Assembly (NCBI GenBank): GCA_049314435.1
Contig: JBMOFD010000025.1
Location: 1-24,087, forward strand
Reading direction: 5' to 3'
DNA: 24,087 bases
Source: Chlamydiia bacterium
GTDB taxonomy: Bacteria; Chlamydiota; Chlamydiia; Chlamydiales; JBMOFD01
Shown piece by piece: positions 8,260 through 18,400 of the stretch. The position numbers and the translations under genes are program-made. The notes under the pieces were generated by a model, which worked only from the letters and a program-made list of their open reading frames with translations, did not search any database and was not told where the DNA came from. The first letter of the stretch is position 1. Each line of letters opens with the position of its first letter.

Positions 8260-8874
8260 TCATTGTGCAAAGACTTCTCCATCTGAGGAGACAAAACTCT
8301 TACTTTGCCAACGCACGGCTGTATGAACTGTCGTCGTCACAACGACAGGGACGTCACGGGGACTCCCTGAGGCTTCTCTAACCAAGCGTGAAGACGAGGC
8401 ATCATTCACTGATCTGGAGAAGAATCGGTCAGGCTCAGCCAGCATCAGACTCCCCTCTGCTATCACGTCAGCCCTCTCTGTATGCGTCCGATCTCTATGC
8501 GTCCGCGCGGCCGGTCTTACGAACGAGACTGGCGTCGAAGGAGGACGCTCATCTGGTGCATCGAGCTCCAGCTCATCCGTCGGCTGTTGATCTGGCTCTT
8601 CTCGGAGCCCTGCAGCGAACAGCAGCCCTGCACAGACTAGGGCGCCTCCCGCTGTCAGAGCTTGATATAGAAGAAGGGCTCCGCCGATCAGAGCAGGTGT
8701 CCCCGCGCTCGCCCCACAGAACAGAGCTAGGAAAAGAACCGCACCTCCTGCCAGTCCGATCATGGCTAGGATGTTGCGTGTTGAAGTGGCCTCTTGATCC
8801 ATGGGCTCCCAATGGCTCGAAGCCACAAGTCTTCGGTCTGTTGAGCAAGAAGCGCCTGTTCTCATAAGCCTCAT
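8260..8874 (-). CDS. Membrane protein with a bilobed hydrophobic hairpin; candidate inclusion membrane (Inc) protein
   Basis: About 56 uncharged residues ILAMIGLAGG...LLFAAGL split by ASAGTP, followed by a hydrophilic S/T/P/acidic tail. The start could be 8874 or 8865. Confidence 0.7.
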   Translation of the reverse strand: MRLMRTGASCSTDRRLVASSHWEPMDQEATSTRNILAMIGLAGGAVLFLALFCGASAGTPALIGGALLLYQALTAGGALVCAGLLFAAGLREEPDQQPTDELELDAPDERPPSTPVSFVRPAARTHRDRTHTERADVIAEGSLMLAEPDRFFSRSVNDASSSRLVREASGSPRDVPVVVTTTVHTAVRWQSKSFVSSDGEVFAQ

Positions 8875-8880
8875 AAGAGC

Positions 8881-8940
8881 TTTGATTAATTAATACGCCA
8901 TTCTACCACGATTATTAATTTCATATTAAACAATAAAAAA
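8881..8940 (-). promoter_or_regulatory. AT-rich promoter region for the Inc candidate
   Basis: The minus strand has an extended -10 TGGTAGAAT (8908-8900). TATTAA is repeated at an 11-bp period (8913-8918, 8924-8929). No canonical -35. Confidence 0.5.
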
Positions 8941-9167
8941 CCACCCGCCTTGATGTTGCATGAAATACTTTATCGTCGACTTGGCGGATGTGTGTCGAGA
9001 CCGTGCACGACCGAGGCCACTTCGGCACTCAAAGAAAGAGAAATCACATCGCGCGGATGGTCATGGCGCTCCATCGGCGGGAATGCATGCTTCCCTTAAA
9101 GCAGACATTTTCTTATACAGGGATGCTTTGCGCTGGGCGGAAAATCCGTCGCGCGGCTGAGGTCACG

Positions 9168-12100
9168 ATGCGGAAGAAGCTACTGCTCTCGATTGGGTTT
9201 TCTTTAGGGGCTTCGGCTCTTACGGCCATCACTGCAGGTTGGACAGGGCGACCACAGGAGCATGTCCTCCTTGATCCCCGCACGGAAGACGAGCGTGCGC
9301 AGACTGCGCAGCATGTCACCCAACCGCGCGGAGACACTCAAAGACAGGCTCTGGTTCGTCAGATCCTCGATGCCCTTGAGGATACCCATCCCGAACAGCT
9401 GGCCTGGAAAGAGGTGGACGCCCTCCGACAAGACCTCTGTCAGACTCGCGAGCAGGCGGCTCGCATGGAGAAGCAACATCGAGCTTTGATCCAGCAGCTC
9501 CGCTCCGAGTATCAGGTTCTGGGCAACGAGAAGATTGAGCGACAGAACCGGATTGAACAGCTCGAGCGCATGATCAGCCTCCTCAATCAGCAGATTGCGG
9601 ACCGTTCTCGTGAGCTAAGTGATCTTCAGTTCTCTGGGCAGTTCAAGGAAGATTCCCTCCTCAGCGTCATACGCAAGCATCAGATGCAGAATAGCCAACT
9701 CGACGCCGAAGCGAGCAGTCTCCGCGATAAGGTAGCTCAGTTGACCACGGCTCTGGCTACGGTGCAGAGCCAGCAACAAACGCAGACAGAGACGATCTCC
9801 GCCCTGCATGAGAAGATTGTGCAGCTGGCGAAGCAACATCGTACGAGTCTCGACCAAAACGATCGCTTGGCCGGTAAGATGCGGGAGCTGGAGCAGCAGA
9901 GAACGAACCTACAGCTCTCCTTAGCGGCTCTACAGGAAAATCGTGCTGGACTCGAGGCTGAACGTGAGCAATTGCAGACCGACCTGGCTCAGGTCCGGAA
10001 GGATTCGCTCCAAAAAGCTCAGGAGCTGCAAGAACTGCAGAGTTCTCTAAATGAGGCCATTGCCGAGCGCGCCACTCATCAACGGCGAGCCGACCTCGCT
10101 GAGGCCGCGCAACAAACAGCGCTCGCGATCTCCAAATTGCCCCTTCAAGAGACCTCGGTGCTCCCCATGTTGGAGCGGCTTGCCGCACATCGTGTGACCC
10201 TAGCCAGCGGGGCTCTCTCACAAGAAGAGAGTCCCATCGTCCAACATGCGCAAGAAGCCCTTACCCTCGCTCTTGTAGCCGCACGTGACAGCCATGCCCG
10301 CTCTCAAGAGGCCCTGGCAGATAAACTAGCGGCCCAGCAAGCACTGTCTGAGACCGCTCAGAAGCTGAAGATCGCAGAAACTCAGGTCGCACACCTCACA
10401 GAATTGCGTGGGCGTCTTGCGGATCTCGCTCAGCAGCATATCCGACTGGCTGGAGATTCCGCGTATTCGCATGCTCATGCAGGCATGCTTGAGCGAGAGC
10501 TATCCGAATCAAAGGCGTTCCTCTCGTCGACCCAGGATCTACTCGCAAAGGGCCTCTTTGGAAGTGGTTCGGGGGCTCACCTACCCGGCTTTATCTCAAA
10601 GAGTCAGAGTGGCGCTTCTTCCGTTTCAAGCCATGGCTCCGATCAGGCCGCTATTGCGCTCTCGCTTGGGCTCCAACCCCCTTCATCCACTCGGGCAGAA
10701 GGATATGTGCCTCCAAGAGCAGGCCCGACCCCGTGGCAGAGCCTGGTGCAAAAGGCCCCTAAGGCACATGAATGGTCCCTCCATCCGATCGAGTCTCTGT
10801 TGGCCGCTCTGCCAGCCGTTCCGACGGAGAGATCAGAATTTAGCGAACTTCAGCATGCCTGCAATGACATCTCGAGTGAACTCCAGCAGGTTCTACGCGG
10901 CAGCCTCCTTCCTGAACTTGAGTCTCTCCTTTCCTCCATTGAAAAGGAGCTAGCCTCCTGCGTGGAAGCGCAGAATGTGGATGACTCCGCCAAGGCTCAA
11001 TTGGGCGGATTGAACCTCCGCATGCATCACGCTGCTCAAATCTGCTCGTATGTGACCTCTCAGGTCGCCTCTAACCTGACCTCGACGATCGACCACCTCA
11101 AAAGCCTGAACCAGACGATAGCAGATCGTCAGGCCTCCTTAGAGGAAGGTGACCTTGCTTATCAGGCGGCCGTTCAGCAGATGTCTCAATACCTGCAGCA
11201 AGCTCACCAAGACGTCGCCAAAGCCGTTGCCCGTGAATCAGCCCTGAATCGATCTGTCGGGGATGCTGTGTCGATGGAGCTAGCCAGAGATGAACGGATC
11301 CATGAGCTCCAGGCCATGCTGGACGCCAAGGCTGAGTCCATTCAGGCTTTCTCTCGCATTGCTGAGGACTTCCGCGGAGAGCTCGCTGCGCGAGATGTCC
11401 ATCACAAGGAGCTATCTGCACAGATCGCCGCTCTAGAGGAGACTCTCTCTGCAGAGCGTATCGAGAAGGATCGGCTATTGGCCTTGGGCGATCGGCTTCG
11501 GTTTGAGTTGCAAGCCAAGGGCTCGATGCTGCAGGAACTTGCTAGGCAGTTAGAGTCTCAAAAACAAGCAACCGCCATCGCTAGATCTGGCATTGAAATA
11601 CTCGATCGCACCGTAGAGGAGCAGCGAGTCGCTTTCCAGGAGTTCCAAGAGGCGGCACAAAGAAGCGAGCATGGGGAACTGACCGATCGTTCCAACAAGA
11701 TCTCTCAGCTCTCTTCGCAGCTCTCCGAGCTACGAGCCACATACGAAGCCGTTCGGACTGCCTATCGAGCAGCCTTGTCTCAATCCGATGAGCTCTGGTG
11801 TCGTCTAGCATCGTTACATGAGCAACGCTCAGCCGACGCAGCTCAGACTATACGCCTCCAGAGTCTTTTGGGCTCTACTGCGGCGGATCCATCGTTTCAT
11901 CATGGGGAACCTCCTCTCAGCAATAAGCCTACACGAGAAGAGATCGAAGCAACGAATGAACGCATGCGTTCTATGGAAATCGCTTTAGAGCACGCACGCA
12001 GCACGTCTAGAGCTCTACAACTATCCATGGAGCAACTGTCGACCGATTCTGAACAGAAAGCGGCTCGAATCCAGACCCTCACGGAGAACCTAGCCTCTGC

Positions 12101-15100
12101 GGTGGCGCGCTATGGCCAGGAGCATGCTGAGGTGGGGACCCTTCGGACTCATCTGACTCGCGCTCAGGAAACTGCCCAGCAGCTCGTCCAAGAACAGCAG
12201 GATCTCAAGCAGCAGCTAGCCCTATGGGAAGAGCAGCACTGGGAGGAGCGTCTACAAGAAGCGCAGAAAGAAGCCTCTCGCCTCCAAGTCGAGTTGGCCG
12301 CCGCGCAGCATGCAGGAGCCAATATAGACAGTATGCTGGCTGCTAAAGAGCAGGAGCTGCGCCAGGAAATCACCCAGCAGCAAGCCCTTGCTCAACAAGC
12401 CCACGAGCGCGTGCAGGAGCTATCGACTAGGCTGGAACAGACCCAGCAGACAGCTGGGGCACAAGTGGCTCAGCTCACTCAAGAGCTCGAAGGCAAGCAT
12501 CAGCAAATTGCGACTCTGCAGAGGCAAACCGCATTGCAGATGGAGCGGCTTCAGGATGTTGAAGAAAGGTATCGGTCTCTACACGAAGGGCTGACCGGCC
12601 TGAAAACTCCTAATCTGCCCTCGATCGTGCAACATTTAGAAGAGCGTCTTGAGGCCACCCACAAGGCGCTCATGCTCTCTGAACAGGCACAAACCGAAGC
12701 GCGGCGTGGAGCCAGAGAGCTCCAGGCCAATCTCGCGGCTGCGTCAGCTCAATTAGAAGAAGCGCGTCGTGTGGCCCAAGAGCGGATTGAGAGCCTGAGC
12801 ACCGAGTGCGCCTCACAGGCGGCATTAGCTCAACGGCTCAAGGATGCTTTAGACATTCAACTCGCTCAGTATAGCGCCCTCCAAGAGCAGAACCAGACCC
12901 TCGTGGCTCTAGAGCAGGAGCGAGTTGGAGCCTGGAACGGGAAGGTCTCCACACTACAGGAGCAGCTCGAGCGCGAACAAGCCGAGAGCCGACGCCTCCA
13001 CGCCTTGAAAGAACAGCAGCATGCGACCGATCAGGCCCAGATCGAAACACTGCAGCTGCAGCTCACCACTAAGGTGCAGGAGTTGGGGGAAGCACGTCGC
13101 GATGCCGCCTCTCTTACAAGCCGCCTGACGGCAGATCGAGCCGCCATACAGGCTCAGCTAAGCGCTGTACAGGGTCAGCTCTCTGGACAAGCGGCGGAGC
13201 TAGACAGTCTCCACCGAGAAGAGCAGCGCCTCCGACAGGAGTTGGCGCTGGTGCAGTCGCAAAACCTTCCAGCACAACTCGCTCAGCTCCAAGAGCAGCT
13301 ACAGTTAGTCTCCGCAGAGCGTCAGCATTTTGCCGAGGCGCACAAGCTGAGTACGCAGCAGGCTGTTGCTCTGCGGGAGGACCTGGCCAAAACCCGCGAA
13401 CTGCTTGCTCACACTCAGCGCGAAACATCCCGCGTGCTCGCCCCTCTAGGTGCAGAGCTCGCTCATGCTCAGCAAAAGGCTAAAGCGGAGCAGGCTCTGC
13501 ATGAAGAGCAGCTTGCTGAGCTCTCTGCCCTACTCCAATCGAAGGGGGAGGAACTTGCCGCTCGTGAGCAGCAGTGCGCCACCCTAGCAGCTGTCCGTGC
13601 GACCGACCTGGAACGACTTGCGTCTCTTGAGCATGTCCAAAACGAACTCATGGACATGCAGCGTAGTTTAAGTAACGTGCAAGCCTCCTATCTCCAGAAG
13701 GAATCTCAGGTGAAGCAACTGGAAGAGCAGTTGGCTATGGCCCAAACTCAGATGATCCAAGCGCGGGAAGACTGGGATCGACAGATGGCCCATCGCGAGA
13801 AGGAACTCCACCAGGAATTAGCTCGGATTCAAAATAGCGTCTTGCAGACTGAGCAGACCCAACAGGAGCGAGAGAAAGAGCTGCATGCCGCCATGGCCCA
13901 AGACCGTGCCGACTTCCAACAGGAGCTCGCACGACTCCAAATGGCCCTTGTGCAAACTCAGCAAGAGCGTCAAGAACGGGAAGCCGTTGCATCCCAACTT
14001 GCGGCTGAGCTCACGCTGGCCCAGGCCCGGGTTCAAGTATTAGACGAGGAGCAGGCGAAACTGGATCGCCTCCTTCATGAAGAGTCGCAGGGCATTGCCA
14101 CCCGCACTCGTGAGATGGAGACGCAGTACCAACAGATGCTAGCGGGGTTGAACTCCGAACGTGATTCTCTGGCTGTGTCAGTCTCTGATCTTAGTCTCCA
14201 GCTCGGTCAAGCCAAGCAACGGCTGCAGTCCTCCGATCAACAGACTCAGTCCTACCTAGCGCAGATCCAGCAATATCGGGCCAGCTTAGAGACACTACAT
14301 GACCAGCTTCAGGAGTTGATCGAGAGGGACTCCCAAAAGGCAAGTGATCTCGAAACTGCCAAGAGGCAGCTGGCCGATCAACAGAATAAGCTGCATCTAG
14401 CCTATGAGCAGTCTCTTGAATACAGTGAGAAATTTGCTCAACAGGACCTGGAGATCCAGCGTCTGAAGAAGAATCTGCATGAGCCCTCTGCAGGTCCCTC
14501 CTACGCCCAGCTCGAACTCCGCCATGCAGAAGTCGTGGGTCAACTGGACCAGCTAAAAACGCTCTTGCAGGAACGCGAGCGCCGAGCCGCACAGGAAGAG
14601 AGCTCCCGACTGACGGAGATTGCCAAGCTACGCAACCAGCTTGAGTACGTCCAGCATCAGACTCAAGATCTCGAGGGAGATCGGACCACCCTGCGTAGCG
14701 AGCTGATCGCTGCTCAGGAACAACTCTATCGCCTGGCGGAGCAGCGCCGCGCTATGCAGGCCCAGCTCCAAGATGCCGTTCATCAACAGGAAGCCCTAGC
14801 ACAACAGGGTGAGCACTGGCAAAGAACAGCTCATGAAGCGGCTCAAGAGCAGCAAAGCCTCCATCAAAAGGTCTCTGAACTCGCCAGAGAACTCGCCGCA
14901 CGTCAACAAATCCTCGAGGAGGATGACCGACAACGCCGTGTTCTAGAACAGGCCCTAGTCCGTGAACGTAGCCAGGTGACTCTCTTGGAGGCTCGACTGG
15001 GAGCCGTGTCTACCCCTCTCCAACCAGTGCCTCTGCCTCTCACGGCGGATCGCTCCGGTAATGCCCCATCCTTACACCCCAGCCTCGTGCAGTATGGTGA

Positions 15101-15311
15101 CCCTCAGAGCCGCAATTTCGACAGCTCTTACAATAAATCTGCTTCCGAACGAAGACGACTCCACCTTGTCAAACAGGGTGAAACCTTCCGGGATATCGCG
15201 CAGCAATACTACGGGGACACGAAAGAAGCAGATAAAGTCCGGGCTGCTAACGTCCGCCTCCTTGAGGGTCAGAACGAGCCGGCCACGGGACTCGTCGTCA
15301 CGATCCCGTGA
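9168..15311 (+). CDS. Giant exported or membrane-anchored coiled-coil protein with C-terminal LysM domain (~2047 aa)
   Basis: Start moved to ATG 9168 because of a GAGGT RBS and the signal-like MRKKLLLSIGFSLGASALTAITAG. The body is E/Q/L/A/R heptad-rich. The C-terminus HLVKQGETFRDIAQQYYGD...VRAAN...GLVVTIP matches the LysM pattern. Confidence 0.9.
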   Translation: MRKKLLLSIGFSLGASALTAITAGWTGRPQEHVLLDPRTEDERAQTAQHVTQPRGDTQRQALVRQILDALEDTHPEQLAWKEVDALRQDLCQTREQAARMEKQHRALIQQLRSEYQVLGNEKIERQNRIEQLERMISLLNQQIADRSRELSDLQFSGQFKEDSLLSVIRKHQMQNSQLDAEASSLRDKVAQLTTALATVQSQQQTQTETISALHEKIVQLAKQHRTSLDQNDRLAGKMRELEQQRTNLQLSLAALQENRAGLEAEREQLQTDLAQVRKDSLQKAQELQELQSSLNEAIAERATHQRRADLAEAAQQTALAISKLPLQETSVLPMLERLAAHRVTLASGALSQEESPIVQHAQEALTLALVAARDSHARSQEALADKLAAQQALSETAQKLKIAETQVAHLTELRGRLADLAQQHIRLAGDSAYSHAHAGMLERELSESKAFLSSTQDLLAKGLFGSGSGAHLPGFISKSQSGASSVSSHGSDQAAIALSLGLQPPSSTRAEGYVPPRAGPTPWQSLVQKAPKAHEWSLHPIESLLAALPAVPTERSEFSELQHACNDISSELQQVLRGSLLPELESLLSSIEKELASCVEAQNVDDSAKAQLGGLNLRMHHAAQICSYVTSQVASNLTSTIDHLKSLNQTIADRQASLEEGDLAYQAAVQQMSQYLQQAHQDVAKAVARESALNRSVGDAVSMELARDERIHELQAMLDAKAESIQAFSRIAEDFRGELAARDVHHKELSAQIAALEETLSAERIEKDRLLALGDRLRFELQAKGSMLQELARQLESQKQATAIARSGIEILDRTVEEQRVAFQEFQEAAQRSEHGELTDRSNKISQLSSQLSELRATYEAVRTAYRAALSQSDELWCRLASLHEQRSADAAQTIRLQSLLGSTAADPSFHHGEPPLSNKPTREEIEATNERMRSMEIALEHARSTSRALQLSMEQLSTDSEQKAARIQTLTENLASAVARYGQEHAEVGTLRTHLTRAQETAQQLVQEQQDLKQQLALWEEQHWEERLQEAQKEASRLQVELAAAQHAGANIDSMLAAKEQELRQEITQQQALAQQAHERVQELSTRLEQTQQTAGAQVAQLTQELEGKHQQIATLQRQTALQMERLQDVEERYRSLHEGLTGLKTPNLPSIVQHLEERLEATHKALMLSEQAQTEARRGARELQANLAAASAQLEEARRVAQERIESLSTECASQAALAQRLKDALDIQLAQYSALQEQNQTLVALEQERVGAWNGKVSTLQEQLEREQAESRRLHALKEQQHATDQAQIETLQLQLTTKVQELGEARRDAASLTSRLTADRAAIQAQLSAVQGQLSGQAAELDSLHREEQRLRQELALVQSQNLPAQLAQLQEQLQLVSAERQHFAEAHKLSTQQAVALREDLAKTRELLAHTQRETSRVLAPLGAELAHAQQKAKAEQALHEEQLAELSALLQSKGEELAAREQQCATLAAVRATDLERLASLEHVQNELMDMQRSLSNVQASYLQKESQVKQLEEQLAMAQTQMIQAREDWDRQMAHREKELHQELARIQNSVLQTEQTQQEREKELHAAMAQDRADFQQELARLQMALVQTQQERQEREAVASQLAAELTLAQARVQVLDEEQAKLDRLLHEESQGIATRTREMETQYQQMLAGLNSERDSLAVSVSDLSLQLGQAKQRLQSSDQQTQSYLAQIQQYRASLETLHDQLQELIERDSQKASDLETAKRQLADQQNKLHLAYEQSLEYSEKFAQQDLEIQRLKKNLHEPSAGPSYAQLELRHAEVVGQLDQLKTLLQERERRAAQEESSRLTEIAKLRNQLEYVQHQTQDLEGDRTTLRSELIAAQEQLYRLAEQRRAMQAQLQDAVHQQEALAQQGEHWQRTAHEAAQEQQSLHQKVSELARELAARQQILEEDDRQRRVLEQALVRERSQVTLLEARLGAVSTPLQPVPLPLTADRSGNAPSLHPSLVQYGDPQSRNFDSSYNKSASERRRLHLVKQGETFRDIAQQYYGDTKEADKVRAANVRLLEGQNEPATGLVVTIP

Positions 15312-15319
15312 TTCGTCAC

Positions 15320-15364
15320 CTATCGGAAGGGATGAGGCTCCATCGAGCTCATCCCTTCCGATAG
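15320..15364 (+). terminator. Long perfect hairpin after the LysM gene
   Basis: CTATCGGAAGGGATGAG (15320-15336) and CTCATCCCTTCCGATAG (15348-15364) form a 17-bp perfect stem, 8 nt after the stop. It is followed by AT-rich DNA rather than a clean U-tract. Confidence 0.7.
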
Positions 15365-15398
15365 ATTATAAAAATCCCATTATACAAACAAAAACTTC

Positions 15399-15456
15399 AA
15401 CATTAACGTAACATTAACAAACTCCAGTTACAATAGAGGCATATTGTATTTGGAGA
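15399..15456 (+). promoter_or_regulatory. Promoter of the 1839-aa gene with direct-repeat and inverted-repeat operator candidates
   Basis: AACATTAAC twice (15399-15407, 15410-15418), -10 TACAAT (15429-15434), TACAATA-N6-TATTGTA (15429-15448), and GGAG RBS. Confidence 0.65.
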
Positions 15457-15460
15457 CGCT

Positions 15461-18400
15461 ATGTCATCACCCATCTTACCTGCGGGAAGCAACCCATCGT
15501 CTGGGCTTTCTCATGTGGATCTCATAGCTCCGCCACCCGTTTCTGCGCCTCCAGTCCCTGTTGAATCCGCCGTTATTCCAAATGGCGCCAATGGTGACCC
15601 CTCGCAACCTGTATCCCCTCCTCCAAAACAGGGGTGGTATGCCTGGGGGAAGGACATGCTTTCCAAGGGCGGACGTGTTGGATATCAGGTTGCTCTTAAA
15701 ACATCACAGGTAGGCGGTTCGGTCGTCCGGGGGTACAGGCATCTACCTGGCTTCATCCAGAGGGGCATAGAGATCACCGCGGCCACCGCAGTTCTGGGTC
15801 CGGTGGCCGGCGTTGTCGTTCCCACAGTGAGTCGAGTTGTCGATGCGCTTTTACACGCCAATCCGACTCAAGCCGGAAGAGAAGCCTTGTATGGCGTCAT
15901 GACGGGGGCGGTAGGAGTGGGCGGTGGTGAGGTTGCCGGCGGGACTGCCACGATTTCCCTCATAGGTCAAGCAGTTGGAGAGGGGACCAAACAAATTCTT
16001 GATCACACGCTGCCTGACTACGTCCAGACCACCATAAAGCTTGGTGGATGTGCTACCGTAGTCGGAGCGCAGGCTCTGAAAACTGAATTCGAACAGCTAT
16101 CCCCCACGACACAAGCCCTCTTGGGAACGGCAGTCGGCATGACCGTGGCCGGCCCTCTTTGGGGCGGCGGGCTTATCCCTCTCATGCGTTTTGTCCACGC
16201 TGCTGCCGACGATCACCATGAAGAAGCCGTTCAACACGGCGGAATGGCCGTCGTCCAAGCCGCTGCGGGTTCTCTCGTCTCTGCGGTAGTATCAGTTGGT
16301 GTGCCGTTGGCCGCCCAAGCGATTGGCAATGCCACCATTCAAACTGGCATCACTTCGACGGCCAGTGCAATCAGCACATCGGTAGGTATGGCCGCCGATG
16401 CCATCGGGAATTCGATTGGCGTCATCACCGGAGGCCCTACAGTTGCTGGGATCGTAACTGGAGGCATGATCAGCGGAGGCCCTACAGTCAGCGGGATCTT
16501 AGCTGGAGGCATGATCGCCGAAGAGAGTTACAGGATGGGCAAGAGGCTCGTCCAAAAGGGCAAGGATCTGGCTGAACAAGCTGTGGTCGCTATTGGCAGG
16601 CCCATCGTCACCTTTAACGAATACCGAACAGCCTATTGGGACCACCCTACTAAGGGCCCAGCCATTCGTGAACTCCTAGGCAAGACAGGGCCGGAGCTCG
16701 GAGCCCAGATCATTGGGGCGATTCCCAAAGCAGGTCCCATTGAGGAGATCCTCTCCAGGCAAGAGCGAGAAGCTACAGTAGAAGAGCTGCGAGTCAAGCA
16801 GACCGAGGCTCTCAGCCGGTTCCAGGATTGCACAGCGCTCTTCGGGGCTATGGCCGCCGCGGTATTTACATTGAAGCCAAAGGCCGCCGATGGAGCCGCC
16901 GCACCAGCAGAAGCATCCACTATGGATGACGTACTGGACTGCTTCAAAGCAGCACAGGCTGGTTACCCACGTTGGAACAGCTGGCATGAAGCACAAAGGC
17001 TCGTGCTGCTAGGACATCGCAGGGACGATGTGGCCCTTGAGGAGGACCTGCGTGTACCCGAGGGCGTGGATCTAAGTCCTGCAGCCGTTAAAGGGCGCTG
17101 TGAAACCTTCATGCTCCAGATGCTAAAGGAAAAGTACCAGCTTGGATGGATCAAGCGACGTATCGCCAAGCGCATGTTCACCGTCCTTCATCTCCTACTT
17201 GAGGGGAACCTTCGAGAAGTCGGTGGGAAGCTCACCGATATGCTTCAAAAGGGCACTTCGCACGATGGCGCCAAAAAACTTGTTGAAGCCCTGCAGTTAG
17301 TCGTTCACGCTCTTCAAGGCAAACTGCATCAACATGAGAATGCGATCGGAGACTTTGCTCGAACGAACCAGGCTCATGCTGGGGACGCCGCTAATGCGAC
17401 CGAAAATAGGCTTTCGACTTTCCTCAACCAGATTCTGAGTTCCGATGAACTCAACGGCGGCATGTCCGAAAGTGAACGACAGGCGGAACTCACGAATAGC
17501 CTTGTGGATCTGTTCTGTCCTAAACTCCTTAATCTCTCTACTCGCTGCCTCGCCTTTGTGAAGTCGCCTGCTGGCGACTCCGTGGGCAGTCGCATCAAGT
17601 ATGCTCTTCTAGTGGTTCCCGCGAGTGTAAGCTTTGGGGCCCTGTGGTTGCTTGAACAGGTCCTTAACCCGCTAGCCAGATCCCTCTTTAGGTCCATATT
17701 CAAATGGTTCGGGTTACTTACAACTGTCCGCGAACAGGTCGTCGGCATGCTGGGTTCTCCCACTGGAACCAACGGCGCGCATGAACTCTCCTGCTTAGCT
17801 AAGCTACCCGGTCTTGGCAACATCGGCTCCGCTCTATTGGATGGATTGACCACTGCCTGGGAAACGGCCGCCGTCACACTGCATGAGATGGCGGAGGAAA
17901 ATTCTGTTGAGGGACCCAATGGTGTCGTCGGGATCAAAGCTTCGCTCGACCGCCTTCGTGACAAGGGAGACGTTCCTCTGGTCGTCTCCGACCAGCTGAC
18001 CCACGAATCTCGAGAGATTGTCTCCCATCTACTGAACCTTAGCCGAGTCAATGGACACGAATCTCCGGCTGAAGTGCAAGCAGCCTTAGGGGATCAGTCT
18101 GAATCCCTGGGTCGGTTCGCTGAGAACATTCGTACCCTCATGGACATTTCCATCGACTCCAAGATCGTGGACGGCCTTGTGATGCCGAACATGGATGTGA
18201 TCCTGCGCGCCATTCTACAACGCATCCTCCACAATGAGCGCTTCCGCCTGAATCCCGTGGTTGCCGTTCTGGAGAGCGTGAACAAGATGTATGCCACCGA
18301 CTTCAAGGACCCCGAACCACCACCTGTCGTCCAGGATCCTCAACCAGCCCAGGCGAATGCCGCTGCTCCTCAGGTCCTAAATGCGAGCATCCAGAAATAC

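Noticed and set aside
8988..9167. N-terminal 60 codons of the 2107-aa ORF call
   Set aside because: ATG 9168 has an RBS and begins a signal-like peptide; the extension looks non-coding.
8941..9167. Structured ncRNA in the long leader of the LysM gene
   Set aside because: Only short 5-6 bp stems, as expected at this GC content, and no recognisable family.
9168..15311. SMC/SbcC or phage tape-measure annotation
   Set aside because: There are no Walker A/B or ABC signature motifs, no phage genes nearby, and the protein has a signal peptide and LysM.
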